Shown: positions 38,015 through 51,352, counted from the first letter of the whole stretch. The stretch is 62,989 nt of DNA, filler included, from Asterionella formosa (GCA_002256025.1; 17 parts of 17 records of this genome joined end to end with filler, not necessarily neighbours in it); one strand, 5' to 3'. Numbers and translations: made by a program. The notes: a model not told the origin generated them from the letters alone.

Positions 38015-39400
38015 TTATCCTTCCAATTGCGTTTCGTCCTTGATTTCCCCGGGTATGGTAAGCATACTATGAGTTGGTGCAACATCGTCTCGTCCTCGAA
38101 AGAACTTTTCTACCCCTTGCAAGGATGGCGGTCCCTCTTCCAGCTGGTGTTGCTGATGCATCATGGCCTGTTGCTTGTTGTCACTTCCTTTGCCACTTGC
38201 TGTCTCAGCTCTTGGCCTGCAAGTAATCTTTTGTACCATATCCATACGGTTCTTTTGAAAGAGTGGATGATGAAAGCAGTCAGTTCCAGTCCCAGACGTG
38301 AGTCTGACAAATCCCCATCGATGTAGTTTGCGAACAAACGATGCATATTTGGACTGTTTAAAAGTCTTTTTGAGGACAGCCTCGACGAATGAATCTGGAT
38401 CGACCACGACAAACGACTTGCCATCAGGCAACCATGCCACAGCATGTTCATTTGGGTTCTCGACCAACGTCGCCATGAGTTTTACAGGAAAGCTCTTACT
38501 CCTTCGTTGTGACTTTTTTGACATGAATTCAAGGTCTTTGAAATGGCGTTGATTCTGAGCAACATCTTCCATGGCTGCCATGTCGCCTGACAATTTCATT
38601 TCAAATGGCATGGCAAGGCCATTGTTATTGCCACCTGGGACGAAGGATCGCTTATGAAGAGGACTCATGGAACCAGAGGTCGAAGCACTGGATCTACGAC
38701 GTTTTAGCCGTTGTTGTTGTGTCGAAAAATCCAACGAGTGATCCACTTGTGGCTGTTGATTCAGAAGCTCATGGATGGATCCAGTTTGAAGATTCTTGGC
38801 AAGGTATGGATCAAATGCGCCTTGATGACCTTGATTGAGTAGACCCGTCTGGTGATGCGAGGCAGCCGCCGCCGCTAGTCTAGATTGTAGCAATTGGGAG
38901 TTCATGGATGACGACATTGCCATGGCACGTTGCAAGTCATTGGAAGTGAATCCAGTCATGGAAGGTGAATTCATCATGGTGCTCATGACTTGTTGCATCT
39001 GCATTTGCTGTTGCTGTTGTTGCAATTGTTGCATTTGCTGCTCCATTAAAGTGCTGAAATGAAGTCCTTGTTGCGAGCTTGAGGCTGTTGTGCCTCCTCC
39101 AAGCATTTGCGATTGCAGATGATGATGATGATGGTTGTTCATTCCGATGGTGTTACTTGTCATTCCAACAGCAGCAGCTGCAAGAATATCTTCTGCTCGT
39201 TGCACATCAAAGTAATTGTTCTGTTGCTGCTGCTGATGTTGTTGTTGCTGTTGAAGACTTTGAAGCTGCTGAATTTGTTGTTGCAACAAAGCTGTTGCGT
39301 TGGCAACATTCGACGTAGTTGCTGCTGAATGGTTGTACCCACGATACTGTTGCTGTTGCGGAGCATAGGATGACGAGAACTGTCCCGAAGCGGACTGCAT
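38015..39400 (-). CDS. Heat shock factor (HSF-type DNA-binding) transcription factor with Q-rich N-terminus
   Basis: SFPVKLM...VAWLPDGKSFVV....F...VL...FK.SKYASFVRKLHRWGF.R.......FHHPLFQK HSF domain; poly-Q/H tracts. Confidence 0.92.
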   Translation of the reverse strand: MQSASGQFSSSYAPQQQQYRGYNHSAATTSNVANATALLQQQIQQLQSLQQQQQHQQQQQNNYFDVQRAEDILAAAAVGMTSNTIGMNNHHHHHLQSQMLGGGTTASSSQQGLHFSTLMEQQMQQLQQQQQQMQMQQVMSTMMNSPSMTGFTSNDLQRAMAMSSSMNSQLLQSRLAAAAASHHQTGLLNQGHQGAFDPYLAKNLQTGSIHELLNQQPQVDHSLDFSTQQQRLKRRRSSASTSGSMSPLHKRSFVPGGNNNGLAMPFEMKLSGDMAAMEDVAQNQRHFKDLEFMSKKSQRRSKSFPVKLMATLVENPNEHAVAWLPDGKSFVVVDPDSFVEAVLKKTFKQSKYASFVRKLHRWGFVRLTSGTGTDCFHHPLFQKNRMDMVQKITCRPRAETASGKGSDNKQQAMMHQQHQLEEGPPSLQGVEKFFRGRDDVAPTHSMLTIPGEIKDETQLEG

Positions 39401-41787
39401 GGCTTCTATTTTGATTTGTGTGAATGTAGGATCAGATTGATATTATTATTGTGAAACGAGCAAAATGTGAGTTAAGATAAGAAAACAGAAACTCGAACGG
39501 TATCCTTTTGTTCTCAATCACACTTTCACAACGTCACACCCACACTTACGATCTTGTTGAGCTCTTCGAAGAGCACTCTGTTGATCGTCTTCGTTTAAAA
39601 ACAGTTGTGGATAAACCATGATGGGTTGATTTGTATCAATGAATGGCAAACAAATGATAATGTCTTAAGTATTTAAATGAAATGTTCATGTTGTGTTGAA
39701 ACATAATCAATTCTAATTTAAATATGTAAAAAAAACATCATCATACTACTGGCACTGTACGAACCGAAAACGAAAATGGCGTGCTACAACCACAGAAATT
39801 GGAACCCAACGACAGGTTTTTCGTGTTTGTCATTTTACCATGACTCTATTTGTACTATGCAACATTAGGGCCCAAGTGACTTGCAAGAAGAAACAGTCGT
39901 TTCTGAATAAAATGTCCGCGTCGTCAGAAGGGTCATAACTACCAGGAGGAACATTCCTTGAGGACAGCAGCACGGGATTCGACAAAAAAAGTTAGTAATT
40001 GAATGTGAGGACTTGACGTAACAAATAGATGAATGATATGCCGGTAAACGAGATATGCCAAGCAACCACTTGGAGAGGACGGTTGAGTTCCGCATGAGGT
40101 CATTTTGGCGGCCAAATAGTACCCCAAAAAGTGTACAAAAATTTCGACAGAATTTAGGGTGCCACGACCATTTCGATGACCTCTAATCCTGAGGATAGTA
40201 TGTAGTCGTCTAAAAGGGATGACTTTCGAAATCATTCGTCTCTATGAACTCTATACCGGTATAAAGTGATGACGTACCACCAATAAACATGACCGTCAAG
40301 AGAATGCGTCAGGGAGTACCGGCATTCGGATGAATAGAAAAAGGTTCGGGAATCGATTTTGGGGACATTTATTTACCTCATTATCGAGACACACTTCGAC
40401 TTTCTAGTTGGGACGAGATATTTGCAGAAACATACGTCGTACTTCCTCCCCAGTACCGAAATGTCATATGAAGAAATAGGTAACGGATTTTTTTCAGTAC
40501 CGTATGGACACGAAACTTTTACTAGGGAGGTTATTGTTCGCCCTTCAACACGATCACTCGTTTATCGACACCAGGTATAGTGCTTTTGTGACGGTTCATA
40601 GTTGTGTCGATGTCTTCCAATTGTGCGTCTCCAAGATACTGTCCAGTTTCTTCGAACAATCAACCACAATGTTCGTTGGTGAAAAATGTCAACGTCGCGG
40701 AGATGGTAGTGAAACGTCCATAATGGCTCTAGCTATGAATGTAATCTTCACCAGTACCTGGTACCGGTAATTTTTTGTAATTGTGCTAATAAAACGTCAT
40801 GATTCATTTAAACCAACATAAATACGAATAAAAGACCATTGGTGTCATCTGCATCGATTGATTTGTTTTGACATCAAGGTAAAAATGTATATGAGTATTT
40901 TATTTATTAGGGTTCCAAGACACACGACGACCAGGCCTTCTAATTTTGAAGGAAAACGACACGCCCCAGGATTCACTTTATTATTAGGGTTGTCTGTTTT
41001 CCTTTTGAACCGTTGGTCTGTGTACAGTATGTAGTATAGCGTTCATTCGCAGGACCTGACATTTGTTTATAGCTTGTCCAAAAAGTGCGTTTTTATTTGT
41101 CCAAAAAATGATCGACGACGTTGACACTTAAACACATTATACTCTACCGGTATATTGGTACGTGGTCAGTGCATCATTTTGGAACACATCAATGGATGGA
41201 TTCTTGTCTTGTCAGGCATCAATCAATAGGAACAACTACAGCCAAACAATTAACCTGATGTACTACAATCACAGTAATCCTGTTACCACCTGTTACCACC
41301 TGTTACCAGGTACCGGTAACCAGGTAACCAGGTACTGTCTACTCCTGGCAAGACTATTGCAGCTGACTACTGGTACCGGCTAGATACAAATGAATGTAAT
41401 GCTAGATAAATATGGACCAATTTTTGGTGTTTGTAGTTTGTGGTGATTGATACATTTTCACTTGTTCATCTTGGCTGGAATACTTCTATAACAAAATTGT
41501 GTAATCCTAAACACTAATCTAATACAACAGTTGATCACTGTTGCGTTCATTGATTGATGTTCACAGTTGAAGCTGAAATAAATGCCATAATCAACTACCG
41601 GTAATACAACTGTGATATGCATAGACAAGGAACCAACACTTAGCAGCAGGGTTATTTCTATTTCAAATGAAAACACTATGTGGTTGAAGCAAAACTATGA
41701 GAGCTCTAAGAAATTCACTATGCAGTCATACAGAGCAAGTGTAATGTGACACTTTATTAGCTTTCTCCCTCTACTATAGTAACTTTA

Positions 41788-43299
41788 CTAGTGATACTTG
41801 ACTTGGCCCACATTGAGTATTCCATGAGAAAATAGCCCCCCAGCAAGAGCTCCAAATAAAATAACAAATGGTGCTTGCATTCCGAAGAAGCCTCCTAATC
41901 CACCAGCTAGAACAAAGACCATGGCATCAGCTGCTGTCTTGACAGCACGAGCATACAAGTAGATGCATCCACTTCCAAGTAGTCCAATTGCAGCCGCATT
42001 AATGCCTTTGAGAATAGCCTTAAATTTGTCTGAATGGCGTAAATGCCCCCAAAACGGCATCATGGCAAAGATGAGAATGTACCCAGGTCCGAATAACCCT
42101 ATTTCTGCGACAATGGCTCCAAGGACGCCCTTGTAGGTGGCACCCAAAAAGGAGCTAAAGTTAAAAAGTGGACCAGGCAAGGACTGTGCCAAACCAAGCC
42201 CCTGAAAGAACTGTTCGTCCGTCACCCATCCCAGGGGAACAATTTCATTTTGAAGCATAGGAAGAGCCACTTCTGCACCACCAAATACAAGCGACCCAGT
42301 GCGGAACATGACTTCAAAAATCTTGAGATAGGCATTGTCATATCCAAGACTAACAAGGGTAATGCTACCAGCAAATAGAAAGAGCCAGAAAAGAAGGGTC
42401 ATGGCTCCTACCCAGAGGGGCATTCCAATCTTTAGTTGGAGCATGCGATCGGATTCCTGCAAAAATGAACATGGTTAGGGTGATTGAACGTTTGCATGTT
42501 CCATCAGCAAACGTACATACAGACTTTACCCGAACTCCAGATGCAGATCTTGTATATTCTCCCATGGCCTTATCTGGGCCTCTCAAAAAATCAACCATTG
42601 TGCACATCCCACCGCAAACAAGTAGTAGTGGATATACAAATTGACTTGAGTTTCTTGGAATATGTTCATCTCCATTAATCATAACAGCAACCGCACACGA
42701 TATCATGGAAAGTGCAATCCCCAGCTTGTCTAATTTCATTCCAAATCCATAAAAGGCTTTGAATACCAAACTGACAGCGGCAGCAGGGACACCAATCAAC
42801 CAAATGGGTGGATTGGCAGGATCAATAAAATTGTAAAGAAATAGACCAGACAATGTCAATACAAGAAATCCTATGGCATTCGTTGTTTTGGTGGTGTTAG
42901 ATATGTCTCATGAAAGATGTATGCATATATGCATAACAACAATAACGAAATCTTACCTGGTAAGTTCCAGAATACATAGGCAATCATCCCTCCCAATGGT
43001 CCTGCATGTGTGACAGCTGTCGAAATGACGACTTGCGTTGCAGATGGCCCAGGCAGTGCCATACATAAAGCAAATAGTTCCATAAATGCTTCATCATCAA
43101 TCCAATGATTCTGAATGCACAAATGATCTCGAAGGATTGCGATTGTTGCTGACGGACCACCAAAGGCAATCAATCCCAAATGCCAATACATTCTAACAAC
43201 ATCCAGCAATCGAGAGTACAGTGAGGCGACTTCTGTTTCCGTGCCATCTTGGCAAGAGTTGGAACTTTCAATCAGCAGCGGGTCGGTTTCTTTCGCCAT
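41788..43299 (-). CDS. chrA: Chromate ion transporter (CHR family, long-chain), 3 exons
   Basis: Duplicated motifs GLIAFGGP...LPGPSATQ and GSLVFGG...GLAQSLPGPLFN; introns 42871-42956 and 42457-42529 restore frame. Confidence 0.88.
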
Positions 43300-45407
43300 G
43301 GTGATTGTGATGGCTCACTACCGAGATGTGATTTTGACAGCTTCTAATTTTTATAGTTACATGGCAAAAATATTAAGCCCCATTATTTATGACACAGAAA
43401 TATATCTGTACGTGCGTATTACTGGTACATATGATAGCCTACATTTATAAAAGTACGGACATGCATACGATGTGGTATCAACATCACATGCACCCACCTG
43501 TTGTGCTTCAAACGTGCATCGTAGACGAAAAGGGCAATAGAAAATTGTTGTATGATAGAATGAGTCCTAATCAGTCTTGCATTTTCTAAGCTAAAATAAT
43601 ATAGTTTCGTGTGGGCAATCGAGCCTTGAGAAATTAGGGGCAAATCAATGTCATTTCGATTTTCAACTTCTTCATGTGTTGGTGAAACTTGAAAGCATTC
43701 GAAACTTGTGCTGATATCTGTCACAGTGTTGGGAGCTCCCTTGCTCATGCACAAAATTCTCACTCAGGACTCCTCCCACATCCTCCATTGCAGCATCATC
43801 CAAACCATCACCAACAAACCCATCACAACAACAAGTGAGTCTTTTGACCCAACTCACCTTGGATATGACACTCAATAGCACCTTGACATGACTTCCCACT
43901 TCTTACACAGCATAATACAATTCAGTCATTTCAAGACTTGTGATGAATCCGCAATCTAGCATCATAACTGCCTTCTGCTAACCTTCAATGTGCCAGCTAT
44001 ACTCACTTCATTGCCATATTTTGGTGGGGATTCAGGGAGAAGTCACTAACAGGAATCTGTTTCCAATGCAGAGGGTTATGGAAATTCATCTTTCATGGGG
44101 CGGAGTTTCTTCAGCAAATTGAGATTACTACCCAAGAAGCAGCAACCATGATTGGAGAGTGTTAAACTACCACCACATAGCTAGTACAGCATGCATGGAG
44201 CCCATTTCACCCCGCCCTCATTTTACCCATTTGGAAAACAACCATGATACTAATATAACTTAATACTAGGAGAATTTCAAGTATAATCCTTCGCTGTACA
44301 TGTGACCTGCCAGATGTGGCTCACCCCTTCTTTCACAATCAAATAATTTAGAATTAGCTATTGTGTATATTGAACATGTCCAAACAACATCATTCCATGA
44401 CCTACCGTTGGATGACGTTTCCTCATCATCCCACCTCACTCATTCTTGGCAATTCATCTCCATGTATTGATAATCATCAGCATAGGAATATGGATCAAAG
44501 AATAAATGTAGTATCCCACAGGAAATATGTATCATAATAATTGCTATATTTGGCGAGTATGGGGGGCAAGTGGCTGGCTGGTGCAAAATACACAATCCAG
44601 AAAGCACCAACTTTGAGTGTGACCTGTAAAAACATAAATATTTACATTGTTGCTCGGAAAATTTTTAATTATGCATTATTGAAGACTATACTGGAGTTTG
44701 TTGGGTCGCACTTTGGCACAGAGGGCCAGGATTGTAGATGTAGGACATTGGAGTTGGGCGAGGAGAAGCCCAGCCAGCATGCAGCTATTAGAGTACTAGC
44801 TATGGAGGAGAAATAATATTTTTGTAACTGTAAAAAGTATGAGTCAGCCAGGCAAGAAGCCCATGTGGCTCTAAGAGTATGGTGAATATGGTGAGAAGAC
44901 AGGTGGTAATGAAAGAGGGAGAAAATAAGTATAGCAGTAGCTGATAGAACTGACAACAGAAGTTGACAACAAAAACGCTTTGAAGCAGGGTTGGAAAAAA
45001 GCTTTCATAGATATTTGATTTGTGATGGATTAGTGGCTTGCACACATCTTCCTCTGCAGCAGCAGGGTCAGTTCCTACATTCTCAACCTGTCTTTTCCAT
45101 GTAGTCCATAGGGTTCCAGGGGATGTGGCTGAGGAAAAGACATGTCCCATTGTGCTCTATGGACGAAAAACCGGTTTTAATTGATTCCATATATAATGTG
45201 GGCATAAGTGCAATTATTGGTTAGCTAAAGTTCAATGGTGCAATTTTGACACTATTTGTAAAGATATTTACATACTACATGTATTGTATGTATATAACAT
45301 TTAATACCAGTATTCAGGTAATAAGCTCAATTGCGAGAAATAAACACCAATCAATGCTTACACCACACATATTTATTGTTTGATCCTGTGGACACACCCA
45401 AATAATG

Positions 45408-46919
45408 TTAAAAACCAAAATCTGCAGGAACAGTACCTGTGAAATTATTGTTGCTCAATCCTAGAGCAGTGAGTCCTGTTGCCAAGAGTCTGATTTCAGT
45501 AGGCACTGTACCTGTAAATTTATTATTTTGTAACCCAAGCTCCTTAAGGCTTGTCAAGAGTCCAACCTCTGTGGGAAGTGTGCCAGTGAAAGTATTAGTG
45601 CACAAAAATAGATCAGTAAGACTTGTCAAGAGTCCAATCTCTGTGGGAAGTGTGCCAGTAAATGTATTGGAGTAAACTTGTAGACTATTGAGATTTGTCA
45701 AGAGTCCAATCTCTGTGGCAAGTGTGCCAGTGAAAGTATTGGAGTACAACCATAGGCTAGTGAGGCTTTTCAAAAATCCAATCTCCGTGGGAAGTGTGCC
45801 AGTAAAAGTATTGGAGTAAAATTGTAGACTATTGAGATTTGTCAAGAGTCCAATCTCTGTGGGAAGCATGCCAGTGAAAGCATTTGGGGACAAATCAAGA
45901 ACAGTGAGTCTTGTCAAAAGTCCAATCTGTGTGGGAAGAGTATGAGTGAAAGTATTGTTGGACAAACATAGAAACTGTAGACTTGTCAAGAGTCCAATCT
46001 CAGTTGGTAGTGTGCCAGTTAGAGTATTGGGAGACAAATCTAGATATGTGAGGCTTGTCAAGTGTCCAATCTCTGGTGGCAGTGTGCCAGTGAGAGTATT
46101 TGGTGACAGATCAAAAGTTGTGAGGCTTGTCAAGAGTCCAATCTCAGGGGGAAGGAATCCAACAAGACTTTCATCAAAAAGGTTTAATTCTATGATATCC
46201 ATCCTACCATTGCAAACAACCCTGCCCCAATCACAAAAATTGTATTGAGAAGCAGTTTTATTTTGCTGCAGCCATGATTGGTCAGACAGGGTACCATTGG
46301 TGGCATAATAAAACACAGCCAAGGCATAGAATTGCAACATGGTGTAGTCCAAGGCCCCGTTGTATACTGATGCTTCCATCCATGTCATTGCCCGTTGTTG
46401 TGAAGATCCAGTATTTGAAAGTGATGCTCCACTATCAAATGAGTTTTCAGCCAAGTATGCAAACAAGCTTGTAGACTGACTTGGTGATGGCCTTGGGGAT
46501 GGCCTTGGGGATGGAACTGCAGAAGAAGGACTTAGTGTAGAAGGGACCAATCTTAGTAATGACGGAGACTGAGAAATGAGTAATACTGTTGGAGGTGATG
46601 TAGTAGTGGAGCCAGGCCTGGTAAATACAACAGCAAGAGCAACGACAGCAGCTACTACAGCAGTCACTGCACAAGACATCAAGGCTGTCCCCACCACTAG
46701 AAGTTGACGCTGGGTCTTTCCTTCATCCTCAGCGTTGACGACAGTGCCCACGACTAATGGAGGATAGTTTTCTGATATCTCCTCCTGGTGTTGGTGAAGG
46801 TTGTGGTCAGCTGCTGTCGTGATGGAGCTAGGTGATGATGCCGAGTCCTGCTCCTGGTGACTCCTCCTCGCAGCAATGTGGAGCTTTCTTGCGAGGTATT
46901 CTGCAGTAGTTTCCGACAT
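45408..46919 (-). CDS. Single-pass membrane leucine-rich repeat protein (24-aa plant-type LRRs)
   Basis: Probable start MSETTAEY at 46919; TM helix, Ser/Pro linker, Q.YALAVFYYATNG..W...C.W..V.C cap, ~10-11 repeats of GTLPTEIGLLTSL..L.L..N.FT. Confidence 0.88.
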   Translation of the reverse strand: MSETTAEYLARKLHIAARRSHQEQDSASSPSSITTAADHNLHQHQEEISENYPPLVVGTVVNAEDEGKTQRQLLVVGTALMSCAVTAVVAAVVALAVVFTRPGSTTTSPPTVLLISQSPSLLRLVPSTLSPSSAVPSPRPSPRPSPSQSTSLFAYLAENSFDSGASLSNTGSSQQRAMTWMEASVYNGALDYTMLQFYALAVFYYATNGTLSDQSWLQQNKTASQYNFCDWGRVVCNGRMDIIELNLFDESLVGFLPPEIGLLTSLTTFDLSPNTLTGTLPPEIGHLTSLTYLDLSPNTLTGTLPTEIGLLTSLQFLCLSNNTFTHTLPTQIGLLTRLTVLDLSPNAFTGMLPTEIGLLTNLNSLQFYSNTFTGTLPTEIGFLKSLTSLWLYSNTFTGTLATEIGLLTNLNSLQVYSNTFTGTLPTEIGLLTSLTDLFLCTNTFTGTLPTEVGLLTSLKELGLQNNKFTGTVPTEIRLLATGLTALGLSNNNFTGTVPADFGF

Positions 46920-47609
46920 GTTCTTGCTTTCCGAGATCTCAACAAAGAATCCGTTTGCAAATAGGTTGATGGTACCAGGTATCGTCGAATAGGAGAAGCA
47001 AGGTGTTGTGGTGCGTATTGTGAGCGAGAGAAAAAGTATCCATCGATCAGCATTCAACAAAGTGCCGCTATAGCTAATGCGATGACCGTAGGTGATATAA
47101 TACCGTATACCGGTACCGGTACTTGTACCTGGTGTACCGGGTATTTCTGTTCTTTTACTGCATGTACTGTCATACACTCTGCCTATGTATTCCTGTACGT
47201 GTGTTGTTGAGGCTAAATACAGTACATAGGTAGATGTATTATTCGTAGTCTCTATGTATCATACAGCCTACGCCGAGAATACCGTTTGTACACCGGTTCA
47301 TACCGATTGTCAAGAAGAGGAAAGTTCTTTTTGGACCACCACCCATCAGCAACAGACAAATAAGCAAGGAATGACTCCGCCTATCGGTATACCGGTAGTT
47401 CATGATGTAAACCTGTTGATTTCATATATGCTTATTTATATTTATATTTATAACTATATCCCGGTAGGAATACAATTATGAGGATTGTCACTTGTATCTT
47501 TCCCTGACGAAGGGAGTCAGTGGAAATAATACCAGTAACAAGTCCACTCCAAGTATTTGGGCGGATTAGGGTTCCACCATGACCGTTCTTATTTCATCCT
47601 CGCTACGTA

Positions 47610-47870
47610 TGTCAAGAATATACCGTAGCATCAATGGCAATAATGAGTCACAAGGACTGTGGACTCGACTATAGTCCAATGAGTCAAATGGTGTGTTCCC
47701 ATGGCAAGAAGCTTGCTTGCTAATGAGATTGATGCTTTAGATCAATCAGAAGAAGGTTTACATCAACGAAAAGGGAACACGAAGAAAAGGTTCTCAAAGT
47801 GTGATGAATGGGATTGAAACTTAGTTTTAGTTTAAGCTTATAATTAAGAAACAATGAGAATTGACATGAG
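47610..47870 (+). mobile_element. LTR-like dispersed repeat (diverged copy)
   Basis: Starts TGTCAAGAATA and shares GAGTCACAAGGA.TGTGGACTCGA with 59862 and the reverse of 60560; right boundary uncertain. Confidence 0.55.
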
Positions 47871-48429
47871 AGCAAGGTCAATAGCGAAAACTATGAGCAT
47901 GAAGGCCAGCAGCAAAAGATAACAGTACAGCAGGTAAGACCTACGTAAGAGATACCCGTCAGGAAGTTCCAGTAATCAGTGAATTGCATGCACTTTCAAC
48001 TAAAAAATTCCATGTAGCAGTTTTAAACTACTTCAATGGTACTTGTGGGTGAGATGTAAGGCAAGAGCAAACAAGGACATATGTGCAGATGAGCACAATC
48101 ATAAATAAAATCTGACAATTTGCCCTGCGTCATATATAAGTCCTGCAAGGAAGCGGTTGTGATGGTTGAAGGACTAGACAAGTGGCAGGAGAGGGTTTTG
48201 CAAATACAGATTCGGCTTGGTTGTTTCTAGTTATCTCATTGTTTTGTGGATTCAATTCGAATTGGCCATGTGAAGGCTTCTATGCAGTTCAGGCCAATTT
48301 TTTACGATAGTTACATCTAGAACATCTACACTCAAACTCTACCTCTATTAGGAGACTATCATAGATAGTTATAGACGAGTATCCCCCCCCCCCCCCCAGA
48401 ACATCAAGGAGGACTATTCAACACCCCTT

Positions 48430-48760
48430 CATTGTTGTGAACAAGGACCATCCTGTCACACAATTCATAGGTTATCACAGCAGTCACTTCCTGACACATT
48501 GAGCCAGTCAATATCACTCCGAATGAGTCTCCACTTTCAGCTCCTACAACGGGAAACAAGAGCCAGCTCTGACTCTCCCAAGAGCATGACACAGTCTTGT
48601 CAAAAACAACCATTGATGTGAACAACAATCAATTGTCAAACAATTCAGCGGTTCACACCGCAGTCATTTCACTGACATACTGAGCCAGTCTATCTAAACA
48701 AAAGTGTGGCCTGAATTTCCTAAGCTACAAAGGGAATTAAAAGAGCCAAGGCCAATCTTT
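48430..48760. repeat. Degenerate ~180-bp tandem duplication
   Basis: CAC.GCAGTCA.TTC.CTGACA...TGAGCCAGTC at ~48476 and ~48656; CTACAA.GGGAA...AAGAGCCA at ~48544 and ~48726. Confidence 0.6.
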
Positions 48761-49961
48761 CCCCCACCAGCTTGATGCAGCACAGTCTCACCCTCCATCC
48801 ATCTTCATGTTGACCCTTTCAACACCATCAACCGTATTCACCAAATACAGGGACATTCCTTGCCATACTGAGGCCTCAATCTTTCACAGATTCACTCCAA
48901 GTTTTCAACAATTAACCGGTTTCTCTGGCACAAGCACGACTGTAAATAAAAACTATCATGAATATAGGATCAAGGGTATCGTACGCTAGTGGCACAGGTT
49001 TTTCACATATATGATAGTTTTTCGATCAAAAATATGATCAATGTATCATATAATTATGATCATGCAGTAAACTTTTACCGAGCTTGAAGTATGATGAGAC
49101 TATCATAGTTATAATACCATTGCATCATATAATTAGTTTAACATGGTCATATGATGTGTATACTTTTGTCATACATCTATCTTAGCATGATTGTAATTCT
49201 CATCAATATCACTATCTAAAATAATAGGATGAAATTGATCGAAATTTAGAACTATATTTAAGAATGGTTTAATGTTGCTATATCTTGAGTGGCTACAGAA
49301 TGTTCTACAATGCTCTCATCGCAATGATTGTTGGTGCCGCTTTCACTTCCACCTTCCCCCCAATCCAATTCTGAAGGTTGTTGTACTGGTTGCCTTGCCA
49401 TTGTTCCCCTGCTTGCTTTGTTCCATTTACTCCTGAGGGTTCTGAGTTTGCATTCACGCACTATTGAATCCGTTTCGTTGTTCCAATCAGCCATACTAAC
49501 AAAGAGAAGCAATTCATTGTTAGCTGTTCATCCAGGCGCAAGAGCAATTATTAGTTTAGTTTCAACACAGGCACAGACTCATTGAAATTTGAAGGAACCT
49601 TGTCCTTAGTTTGTCATGTATTGCTTAGTCCATGCAATTAGAAAAAATAAGAAATGGAACCTTTTTCATCTGCACTCAGGAGTTATTAATGGCGGTGTCA
49701 ACAGGAAGCACATTTTTGGTTTCAACAACAAGAGAAGAATCGTCACAAGACCCCAGTTACCAATTTTTTACCAATAGGTACATGGATAGGACACAAGACC
49801 ACAGTTACCAATACTCCTACTCAAGAGAGTGACAAGTTACCCAACCTCTCTAAAGAACATGGAGTGCAACAAGGCCAAATCTGGAAATAGACTAGGATGA
49901 AGGCCCTATAAAAATGATTCATAATACTACAATTGTCAGATAAATTTTTTTTATTTGATGT

Positions 49962-50449
49962 TTATTTCCATGCCGTAAAGACAAGTGATTCTTGGCCTAC
50001 AATACCATAAGCGGCATTCTGAATCATTGTTGTTTCAACATTGAAGCCAATAGCACACAGCTTTTTCAGCATTTCAGGAGTGAAGATTGTGAAAACAATT
50101 ATTCCCTCTTTCCGCAGCGAGTCACCATGATAATGGGGAGGGATCAAGTCAGGGGGTTCACCAGGACCATTCATTACCACACCTTCGTCACTGATGAAAC
50201 TCATGTTAACATCACGTTTACTATTTGCAGCAAATGGAACTGTGAATACGTGTGCCCCTCCAGGTTTCAAAATCCTATAAACCTCCTTGAAAGCTTTATA
50301 GGGATGAGGAATATGCTCAAAGACTTCAGTGGATATAACAATGTCAAAAGAATTGTCCTTGAAGGATGTGACTTGAAGGTCTTCATGTCTAACACCATTG
50401 ACGATCGTTCCAGAGGTTAATACACCAGGAAGAAACTCGGAAGACACAT
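49962..50449 (-). CDS. Class I SAM-dependent methyltransferase (Methyltransf_11-like), 5' truncated
   Basis: HEDLQ.TSF.DNSFDIVISTEVFEHIP.P..AF.EVYRILKPGG.HVFTVP; no intron in the visible part. Confidence 0.85.
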
Positions 50450-50626
50450 NNNNNNNNNNNNNNNNNNNNNNNNNNNNNNNNNNNNNNNNNNNNTTAATTA
50501 ATTAANNNNNNNNNNNNNNNNNNNNNNNNNNNNNNNNNNNNNNNNNNNNAAAAAAATCAAAAATTGAAAAAGTAAAATAATTCTAAAAGTTAACCTATAT
50601 CAAAACAAATTAAGAAAAGCCGTGTA

Positions 50627-50634
50627 TATCTTTG
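50627..50634 (+). promoter_or_regulatory. Bacteroidetes-type -7 promoter element (TAnnTTTG)
   Basis: TATCTTTG lies 4 nt before the GTG start of the response regulator; no Shine-Dalgarno sequence. Confidence 0.55.
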
Positions 50635-50638
50635 CATT

Positions 50639-51271
50639 GTGAAACAATTTAAAATTCTACTTGTAGAAGATACCCCAACAGAAGCTTACTATATTGAGCA
50701 AGCTATAAAGTCTAACTCCTCGCTAAATCTGGCATTTAGAGCCATGAATGGGAAATTGGCCCTTGCAATTTTGAAGAAAAGAAAATTCGATTTGGTATTG
50801 CTGGATTTATTTATGCCAATTATGGATGGATTTGAAACACTTGCAGGTATCAGACAAATAGATCCTGAACAAAAGGTTTTAATCATCAGCAGCTTTAACT
50901 CAGAAAATCTTTCACATCAACTTTTTAAATTAGGAGCTAACGGATTTTATTCAAAAACAAAAAATTGTTTAATTCCGGCAATTGAAACTTGCTTAGAAAA
51001 AGGATTGGCATTTGAGAAAAAATATGTTCAAGAAGCCAATCAGATGCAAAATGAAGTCACTGATGATTATCCTAAATTAATTGTAGGAGAGCGTGACATG
51101 AAAATTATCAAGTTACTTGCTCAAGGTTATCAAACAGAGGAAATCTCGAGTATATTAAACCTTTCTCCAAGATCTATTGAAACTTATATTAGAAACTTGA
51201 TTACAAAACTACATGTAAGAAATAGGGTTCAACTCATCAGTTTTGCATATGAAAATGGATTGTTACCCTAA
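50639..51271 (+). CDS. Bacterial NarL/FixJ-family response regulator (REC + LuxR HTH)
   Basis: ILLVED, DLVLLDLFMP.MDG.E, GANGF..K receiver motifs; ER...I.LLAQG....EIS..L.LS.RSIE.Y..NL..KL.V.NR LuxR HTH; GTG start, AT-rich, intronless. Confidence 0.93.
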   Translation: MKQFKILLVEDTPTEAYYIEQAIKSNSSLNLAFRAMNGKLALAILKKRKFDLVLLDLFMPIMDGFETLAGIRQIDPEQKVLIISSFNSENLSHQLFKLGANGFYSKTKNCLIPAIETCLEKGLAFEKKYVQEANQMQNEVTDDYPKLIVGERDMKIIKLLAQGYQTEEISSILNLSPRSIETYIRNLITKLHVRNRVQLISFAYENGLLP

Positions 51272-51313
51272 TTAGAAATAAACCTTAAAAATGAAGTAAA
51301 TTTATTTTAATAA

Positions 51314-51352
51314 TTTATTCCTTAAGCACTTTAATAAGTGTTAAGGAATAAA
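51314..51352. promoter_or_regulatory. Near-perfect palindrome (terminator or operator)
   Basis: TTTATTCCTTAAGCACTT-TAAT-AAGTGTTAAGGAATAAA downstream of the response regulator. Confidence 0.5.

Noticed and set aside
46920..47177. N-terminal extension of the 589-aa LRR ORF
   Set aside because: Starts at a non-ATG codon and runs through TACCGG motifs; ATG at 46919 is the more plausible start
48383..48398. Poly-C run as retroelement polypurine tract
   Set aside because: No adjacent TG-starting LTR or pol remnant identifiable
49962..51271. Methyltransferase and response regulator as one bacterial locus
   Set aside because: Separated by a spacer at 50450-50549; no evidence of linkage
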